Both the position numbers and the translations under genes were made by a program. From Candidatus Pacearchaeota archaeon (GTDB taxonomy: Archaea > Nanobdellota > Nanobdellia > Pacearchaeales > JAPDKA01): DNA of 64,000 bases. The notes under the pieces are model-generated. The model worked only from the letters and a program-made list of their open reading frames with translations, was not told where the DNA came from and searched no databases. Below, in pieces: positions 22,055-28,204 of this stretch; positions within the stretch are counted from its first letter, which is position 1; each line of letters opens with the position of its first letter. The DNA lies in NCBI GenBank assembly GCA_038890875.1, contig JAWAFA010000001.1, positions 170,996 to 234,995 on the forward strand, read 5' to 3'.

Positions 22055-22837
22055 ATGCAAAAAGTAAGGCTTGTCTCTGAATTTTTAAAAACAATCAGCC
22101 CAACAATGACAAAAGATGAAATTTGCAAAAGAACACTGACTTTTTTATTTGAAAAGCTAAAACTTAGTTGTAGGCTTAATGATTTAAAGCTTGGTGATGA
22201 AAATGGAAAAAAGGAATTAATTAAGTTTGCTGAAAATTATTTAGTTGTTTATTTAAGGAGAAAAACAAATCTTGAGTTTATTAGAATAATGCTTGAGATT
22301 GCTGAGCGCTATATTGCTTATTCTGAGCTCTTTCAATCATCTAAAAAATTTGCGACAACTGATAGATTAACAGGGCTCTTCAATAAGGCATATTTCATGG
22401 GAATTTTAAAAAACATGAAAGCGCGAAAAGAAAATTTTTGGCTTGCTATGCTCGACCTAGATAATTTTAAAAAATTTAATGATAGCTTTGGCCATCAGCA
22501 AGGCGATATACTATTAAAACAAGTTGGGGAAATAATAAGGACTGAACTTAAGCATGGCGAATTTGCTTGCCGTTATGGTGGAGAGGAATTTTGTATAGTA
22601 TTAAAAAGCAATGCTTATGCTCGAACTGAAGCCTTGAGAAAAAGAATTGCAATAATAAATGGAATTGTTACTGCTTCGATTGGATTAACAAAATCTTCAA
22701 ACGAAAGTTTTTATGAACTAATTAAGAGGGCTGACAAGTTAATGTATAAAGCGAAGAAGAGTGGAAAAAATAAAATTATCTATGATAGGTATGAAGGGAG
22801 TATTCTTTCGAAGCTAATTAATCTCTTCAGTAGTTAA
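22055..22837 (+). CDS. GGDEF-domain protein (diguanylate cyclase-like)
   Basis: TDRLTGLFN, DLDNFKKFNDSFGHQQGD, RYGGEEF, TASIG, ADKLMYKAKKSGKN. Confidence 0.92.
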   Translation: MQKVRLVSEFLKTISPTMTKDEICKRTLTFLFEKLKLSCRLNDLKLGDENGKKELIKFAENYLVVYLRRKTNLEFIRIMLEIAERYIAYSELFQSSKKFATTDRLTGLFNKAYFMGILKNMKARKENFWLAMLDLDNFKKFNDSFGHQQGDILLKQVGEIIRTELKHGEFACRYGGEEFCIVLKSNAYARTEALRKRIAIINGIVTASIGLTKSSNESFYELIKRADKLMYKAKKSGKNKIIYDRYEGSILSKLINLFSS

Positions 22838-23375
22838 AATTTAATTGCTCATATCTTTTTTTTCTACTTTCTAAAATTGAATTAATTAAATCGTAAAGAT
22901 TCTCTTTTGTTTTTCTCATCTCTCCTGCAAGTAACTTATACATAACGTCGTGTATTTCATCACTAACCTGTTTAGTGCATGACATTCGAGAAAAAATAGA
23001 AAAAATTTCACTATATTTTATTTTATAAAGTGATGCTTTATTTTCAAACAATGCAGTGGCATTCCCGTCATTATATGCACATTCCTTGGAGCAATAGCCA
23101 AATGCTGTTGAAATAGAAATATCTGTAATTTTTCCATAGTAGCCTAAATAAGTCGCAATGCTCAATAACCTTATTGGCTTATCTTTACAAACGATGCAAT
23201 TAATTTTACTTTCAAAGTTATCGAGAGCAAGGATTATTTCATCCATTCGATCTAACCAGTTCTTAGGTAATTTTGTAGCATTTTTTCTAAGCCATACAAA
23301 CATTGGATAATCATTAACTGCAAGTTGTTCAAGTGACATTCCTTTAGATTTACCTGACTTAAAAACAAAGATCAT
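22827..23375 (-). CDS. Hypothetical protein (possible Zn binding)
   Basis: 182-aa ORF with CIVC and CSKEC; TATA 28 nt upstream. Confidence 0.6.
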   Translation of the reverse strand: MIFVFKSGKSKGMSLEQLAVNDYPMFVWLRKNATKLPKNWLDRMDEIILALDNFESKINCIVCKDKPIRLLSIATYLGYYGKITDISISTAFGYCSKECAYNDGNATALFENKASLYKIKYSEIFSIFSRMSCTKQVSDEIHDVMYKLLAGEMRKTKENLYDLINSILESRKKRYEQLNFNY

Positions 23376-23433
23376 AATATATAAAGGGCTAAAAGTTTAT
23401 AAATTTTACTTTTTTTAAGTAATAAAAATTAAA

Positions 23434-24249
23434 TTATAGCTCATCTAGAGGATTCTTAATTTTCTTTAACTCTTCTGTACTCACATGTGTATAGATTTGA
23501 GTTGTATTAAGATTTTCGTGGCCAAGGAGAGTTTGGATTAGCCTTATGTCGGTGCCAGCTTCGAGCAAATGAGTAGCATAACTATGCCTTAGTGTATGAG
23601 GGGTTATTTTTTTATTAAGCTGTGCTTTCTTGGCTGCCTGCTGGACTATTTTTTGTATGTTGCGGGTAGTTAATGGTTTTTCCTTAGAAAAGAGGTAAAT
23701 GTTTTCAGGATGTTCTTTAAGGTACTCCCTCAAATCGCTACAAAGCTTTTCTGATAATACAAACATTCTATCCTTTTTTCCTTTTCCCTTTCTAACAATT
23801 CCTGTTTTTTCTTCAAGGTTTATATCTATTTTTTTCAAATTAACAAGCTCTGATACGCGTAAGCCAGTTGAATAAAGAAATTGAATAATAAGCCTTGATT
23901 TTCTAGTCTCCGCATTTTCGATTAATCTTTTAACCTCTTCTCTTGTTAAAACATTTGGTAGTGTCTTTTCTTTTTTTGGCCTTTCAATGCCTGCTGTAAG
24001 GTCCTTACCTAATATTTTTGTGCTTGCAAATTTTATAGCTGCTAATGCAAGAATTGCTGAGCTTGTTGCCTTGTCAGACATTACAGCCAAAAATCGTTTT
24101 ACATCATCCTGTGTTAATGCTTCAGGATCTTTTTTTGCCATTTCTAAAATTTTTGAATTGAAATACTTATAGTTCCTAATTGTTAGTTCTGACTTCTTTG
24201 TTAGCCTTAGTTCTGTTTCAAGCTTTTCAAGGAATTCTTCTTTTTGCAT
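23434..24249 (-). CDS. xerA: Tyrosine recombinase XerA
   Basis: TGLRVSEL, GKGKKDR, HTLRHSYATHLL, LLGH, TTQIYTH (full R-K-H-R-H-Y set). Confidence 0.9.
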   Translation of the reverse strand: MQKEEFLEKLETELRLTKKSELTIRNYKYFNSKILEMAKKDPEALTQDDVKRFLAVMSDKATSSAILALAAIKFASTKILGKDLTAGIERPKKEKTLPNVLTREEVKRLIENAETRKSRLIIQFLYSTGLRVSELVNLKKIDINLEEKTGIVRKGKGKKDRMFVLSEKLCSDLREYLKEHPENIYLFSKEKPLTTRNIQKIVQQAAKKAQLNKKITPHTLRHSYATHLLEAGTDIRLIQTLLGHENLNTTQIYTHVSTEELKKIKNPLDEL

Positions 24250-24295
24250 TTATGAACTAAAACGAACTTATTTATAAATTTTATTGAAATTCATT

Positions 24296-24323
24296 GGTTC
24301 GCTTAATGCATCTTGTGCGAAAT
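24296..24323. other. dif-like Xer recombination site
   Basis: GGTTCGCTTAA-TGCATC-TTGTGCGAAAT: 11-6-11 imperfect inverted repeat, 21/28 identical to E. coli dif. Confidence 0.75.
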
Positions 24324-24987
24324 TTTCAGGTTTTTTTACAGCTTCTTGCTGGTTGCTGCCTCTTTGCATGCTCGCCGCACATTGCTTGCAAAAACTTTTA
24401 AGCAAGAACTAAAAGTTTTAGCCAATTTTTAGTTTTAGTTTAGAAAGTCTTGAGTCTTGAAGTGCATGCTTTTGGCAAAAAGCGTTTAAAATTTTTGTTA
24501 CTAAATCTTACAAATTTTTACAAATTATTATATTATTATATTTAGGAAGTTTAAGCTGCAAAAAGGAAGAAGGAAAAAGATTGTATTATAGAACATTGTA
24601 AAATTTTAATCAAAAAATTAAAAGTTTAGCGATATGTATCTAATTTGAAATTATATAACTAGCGCTTGATGCTATTTTATTTTTTGTCGAATTTCTGCAT
24701 ATAGATTAATATTGCCCTATTATAGAAATAATCTCTATGAAGGTAACATTTTTCTTACACATGCTTATGCCTCTCCAGCAATTTTTGCTATTCTTGCCGC
24801 TTTCTCTTTTCATTTTTTTGAAAGTACTATTGAATTACATCATCAATTATCATATACTCTTAGCCAAGAATAACCAAGTTCTCTAGCTTTTTCTGCTGCA
24901 GCTTTTGCTGCAGCTTCGAACTCATATATAAGTCCAGTTTTTCTATGCCAATTTAAATATTTTTATTTTTGTTTATAATTGTAAAGA

Positions 24988-25011
24988 TATCTAAACACCT
25001 GTTTAAACAGC
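24988..25011. promoter_or_regulatory. Two TGTTTAAACA-type boxes just upstream of the TATA of 25045..25686
   Basis: TATCTAAACA-CC-TGTTTAAACA-GC, same unit and 12-bp spacing as the intragenic array; TATA at 25016. Confidence 0.6.
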
Positions 25012-25044
25012 AAGATTTATAAACAAAAGCAATCTTTGATTTTT

Positions 25045-25686
25045 ATGCTGTTTGGTTTCTTTAGAAAAAGAAAAATTGAGAATGAAATTGAACGTTTGAA
25101 GAGCATTATGAAAGATTCTTTTTTAAATGTAAAAGATGACTTAAATAAAATTTCACACTGGATAAGTTATTTGAATGAAAAAGATAAAGAACTCGACGTA
25201 AAAATTGAAAAAGTAGAAATGAAAATTGATGAAATTAGTAAAGAATTAACTGAGTTGAAAGAATTTTTAGCTCTTTATTCTGGGGTGTTTAAACAGCTGT
25301 TTAAACACCAAACAGGTGTTGAAGGTGTTCAAACACCTGTTCAAACAGGTGTTCAAACAGCTCTAAATAGAAAAAGTTCAAAAAATATCGTGCTACAAAG
25401 TTTAACTTTGATGGAAAGAGCAATCTTGTGGGTATTGTTAAACACTGATATGAAGCTAAGTTGTGAAGACATTGCAAGAGTGCTTGGAAAAAATGAAAAT
25501 ACTGTAAGGGGGCAGTTAAATAATCTTAAAACAAAATGGCCTAGTTTAGTAGGAGAAATAATTGAAAAAAATGGAAAGAAAAGATATTATGTTGAAGAGA
25601 AAACAAAAGAGCTCCTTCTAAAAGAAATAAAAATGAAGGCTAAGACTAATAAAAAGAAAGAAGAGAGAGAAAAAAGTTCATATTAA
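25045..25686 (+). CDS. Coiled-coil / repeat linker / winged-helix protein A
   Basis: N-terminal coiled coil, QTGVQTPVQTGVQT linker, C-terminal LTLMERAILWVLL...LSCEDIARVLGKNENTVRGQLNNL wHTH. Confidence 0.8.
   Translation: MLFGFFRKRKIENEIERLKSIMKDSFLNVKDDLNKISHWISYLNEKDKELDVKIEKVEMKIDEISKELTELKEFLALYSGVFKQLFKHQTGVEGVQTPVQTGVQTALNRKSSKNIVLQSLTLMERAILWVLLNTDMKLSCEDIARVLGKNENTVRGQLNNLKTKWPSLVGEIIEKNGKKRYYVEEKTKELLLKEIKMKAKTNKKKEEREKSSY
25284..25361. repeat. Intragenic array of TGTTYAAACA boxes (12-bp period), including a perfect 26-bp palindrome
   Basis: GGTGTTTAAACAGCTGTTTAAACACC (25284-25309); TGTTCAAACA at 25326, 25338, 25350. Confidence 0.9.
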
Positions 25687-25701
25687 GTGTAAATTCTTGT
25701 T

Positions 25702-25936
25702 AAAAAATTAAAAAGTGAGGGTTAGTTATTAAATGAAGCAAAAAAGACAAAAGAGAGTTAAAAAGGTATTAAAAAGTGTTAAAAGTGCTTAAAAAATAAC
25801 AAAAAATTAAAAAGTGAGAGTTAGCAAACAATAAATTAGCAAAAATAAGAATTAATAAAGGATAAAGCAAGAGCAAAAGTAAAGCAACTAAAGCTAAAAC
25901 GAACTTTTAAAAATAAAAAACATAGAAGTGAGAGTT
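25702..25936 (+). repeat. Intergenic direct repeats AAGTGAGRGTT
   Basis: 24-bp copies at 25702-25725 and 25801-25824 (23/24 identical); 11-bp core again at 25926-25936. Confidence 0.75.
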
Positions 25937-25993
25937 TATCAAAAGAAATTTTAGTAAAAGCTTTTTTTCGGTTAACAGAAAAGGTTAGGAAGT

Positions 25994-26770
25994 TTATGGA
26001 TTAACAAGTCTTTCAAGTGCTTCCAAGCTTGATATTTTTAATATCTCGTTGGGGATCGAAAGAAAAACTTCCTTGCCATGATAAGTTTCTTTTTGGATTG
26101 GAATGCCTTTAATAATGAGTCTATTAACAAGGTCACGTACTGAACTCGGCGCTAAGCCAGTTTTTTCAGCAAGACTTTTATAGCTTATCTTCAATCCGTT
26201 TTGTTGCAGAGAATAAATAAGTGCAAATATCTCGAATTCTTTTTTTGTTAAAGCTTTAAAACGCTTTATTAAGATCTGTTTATAGTTATTGACTATATGT
26301 TCAATTTTTTCAAGCTCACCTTTGTTTTCTTTTTCTTGTTGGAATAGATTTTGAGTTAAGGTTCTTGGTTGGACTTGTTGAGCTGGTTGTATTTGCATGC
26401 CTTGGAATGTTTTTGATGTTTTTGACTGTAAAAAGTTCGTTTTAATGTGACGTAGGATTGACGTAGATGTGTTGGAGATGTGTTGGAGATGTGTTGGAAC
26501 CCCTTTATTTCCTATGGAATTCTTGAAATAAGTCTTATCTCCTTCATTTTTTTCTTTATTTTCCACAGGAAAAAAGGGTGTGTTGGAAATGTGTTGGAAA
26601 TGTGTTGGAACCATTTTCCATTTTTCTTGTATATTTTTTACATCTTCAAGCTCTTTTTTTATAACTTCTAAATCTTTCCTTAACGCAAGAAGTTCATTGA
26701 AAATGAAATTAATATCTTGTTTTACAATTGCAAAAGTTCTCCTTATTACTTCTTCATCTTTTTTTTCCAT
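25994..26770 (-). CDS. Coiled-coil / repeat linker / winged-helix protein B (paralog of A)
   Basis: TFAIVKQDINFI resembles SFLNVKDDLNKI of protein A; C-terminal LTKKEFEIF...ISYKSLAEKTGLAPSSVRDLVNRL wHTH. Confidence 0.8.
   Translation of the reverse strand: MEKKDEEVIRRTFAIVKQDINFIFNELLALRKDLEVIKKELEDVKNIQEKWKMVPTHFQHISNTPFFPVENKEKNEGDKTYFKNSIGNKGVPTHLQHISNTSTSILRHIKTNFLQSKTSKTFQGMQIQPAQQVQPRTLTQNLFQQEKENKGELEKIEHIVNNYKQILIKRFKALTKKEFEIFALIYSLQQNGLKISYKSLAEKTGLAPSSVRDLVNRLIIKGIPIQKETYHGKEVFLSIPNEILKISSLEALERLVNP
26465..26497 (+). repeat. 3 x 11-bp tandem repeat AGATGTGTTGG (intragenic)
   Basis: Three perfect copies. Confidence 0.95.
26499..26519 (-). promoter_or_regulatory. ORB-like element inside gene B
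   Basis: Minus strand TTCCATAGGAAATAAAGGGGT; shares GAAATAAAGGGGT exactly with the oriC ORB at 37424. Confidence 0.75.
26561..26581 (+). promoter_or_regulatory. Second, inverted ORB-like element inside gene B
   Basis: TTCCACAGGAAAAAAGGGTGT, 17/21 identical to the element at 26499-26519. Confidence 0.65.
26579..26610 (+). repeat. 3 x 11-bp tandem repeat TGTGTTGGAAA (intragenic)
   Basis: Copies at 26579, 26590, 26601. Confidence 0.95.
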
Positions 26771-26800
26771 CTTAGCATAGGGAATTTTATTTTATAAAAT

Positions 26801-27070
26801 TTACTTTTCATTTCTCTCTTGTAGGCTTTTATAGGCAAGATACGCCTTATCAGATAATGTCCACTTTATTTTTCGCAAGAAGTTTGTATTAACCCTTTTT
26901 ACAAGCCCATCCTTCTCAAGCTCGAAAAGGATTTTTTTAATAAATTCTTCATCACGAGCAAGCTCAGAGGCTATATTAGAAGTAAATAAGACGCTTGGCA
27001 TTTTCTCAAACAACAGTGCAAGAATGCTTTCTTTAATTTTCTTAATCTTGGCTTGGCTTATTGCCGGCAT
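26801..27070 (-). CDS. Small winged-helix protein C
   Basis: ILALLFE...LFTSNIASELARDEEFIKKILFELEKDGLV...WTLS wHTH pattern. Confidence 0.75.
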   Translation of the reverse strand: MPAISQAKIKKIKESILALLFEKMPSVLFTSNIASELARDEEFIKKILFELEKDGLVKRVNTNFLRKIKWTLSDKAYLAYKSLQERNEK

Positions 27071-27127
27071 AGTTTAGAATAAAGAAAAGTAGTTTAAAAA
27101 TTTATATAGGTTTGATCACATAAAATG

Positions 27128-27448
27128 TTAATTATATTTTTTATTCCACCATATTTTCATTGTTTCTTTTTCTATTGAATATTCATTTCTAGCCAGGCCT
27201 TTACTATCATAATATTCATGAAGAAGCTCATGCAAGATGGTAATTTCTTGCTCTTCTTTTGGTAAGCCTTTTTCTATGTATATCTTATTATTTTCATAAT
27301 CAATAAACCCATAAATCGATCTTGCTGAATATTTCTTAAATTCCTTTTTTCTCTTCATTGACACTAATTCTATATCAAATTCTTCTAAAATTTTCATTAA
27401 AAAACTATGATCATTCAAGATTTTTTTCAGCTTCTTACTAAATCTCAT
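27128..27448 (-). CDS. HExxH zincin-like protein (ImmA/IrrE-like)
   Basis: GFIDYENNKIYI...ITILHELLH...E. Confidence 0.65.
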   Translation of the reverse strand: MRFSKKLKKILNDHSFLMKILEEFDIELVSMKRKKEFKKYSARSIYGFIDYENNKIYIEKGLPKEEQEITILHELLHEYYDSKGLARNEYSIEKETMKIWWNKKYN

Positions 27449-27513
27449 GAAAAAAATAAACTTTGTTGCTTTATAAAATTTTAATAAATAAAGTATAGTG
27501 CCTCTTATTGAGA

Positions 27514-28110
27514 CTAAGAGCTAGGCCCGATCTTTTTTGGCAAATACATCTTTATTTTGTCATTTTCTTTTAAAAAATCTAAAATTTTCTCTGTCCTAAT
27601 TGTAAGAGTATAGTTAGGTATAAGAGAATACCTCTTCTCGTTAAAATCATATTTGTATATCTCTTGATGCAAAATTACCCATTGATACCCTATATGTTCT
27701 TTTGTCAACGTTGGTTCATAACGCCTTAAAACAACAATCTTAAAGAGGTGAGATACTATCTCATTAAATTTACTTTTTGTTATTATCTTACCTAATGGCT
27801 CAACTAAATTAATATTTTCTCCACTAAGTCCTGTTTCTTCACTTATTTCGCGCAATATGCTCCTAAATATATTTTCAGAATGGTGCTCTTCTGTATTAAG
27901 ATTTCTTTCTAGTGCCCTTCTTCCACCAACAATTTCCCATTTTAAATTTATTTCAGGATTTTTTCTGCTTCGTTCATAGCTATTCTTCAAAAGCAACAAT
28001 TCCCCACAAAGTTCATTGTTTACATTGTATTGGAATATTATTAAGCCCCTAACCTCTTCATTTTTGATTTCACCTACTTTCTCAATATTTTTATAACCTA
28101 TTATTTCCAT
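27514..28110 (-). CDS. NUDIX hydrolase
   Basis: WEIVGG...ILREISEETGL, EHIGYQW; start revised to MEIIG to avoid overlap. Confidence 0.75.
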   Translation of the reverse strand: MEIIGYKNIEKVGEIKNEEVRGLIIFQYNVNNELCGELLLLKNSYERSRKNPEINLKWEIVGGRRALERNLNTEEHHSENIFRSILREISEETGLSGENINLVEPLGKIITKSKFNEIVSHLFKIVVLRRYEPTLTKEHIGYQWVILHQEIYKYDFNEKRYSLIPNYTLTIRTEKILDFLKENDKIKMYLPKKIGPSS

Positions 28111-28204
28111 TATGGCTGAAAAAAATTTATATATGTTAAGGATAAGAAGTTTTAGTAATTTAAAAAGTTTAGAGGCATTGCTTCGTAGTAATATATTGGG
28201 AAAA

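Noticed and set aside
23434-24249. Integron integrase or proviral integrase
   Set aside because: No IntI-specific insertion, attC-like cassettes, tRNA-derived att duplication or viral genes seen; size and motifs fit XerA
25284-26610. Repeat arrays as CRISPR
   Set aside because: Units are 11-12 bp, tandem, intragenic and have no unique spacers; no cas genes in the window
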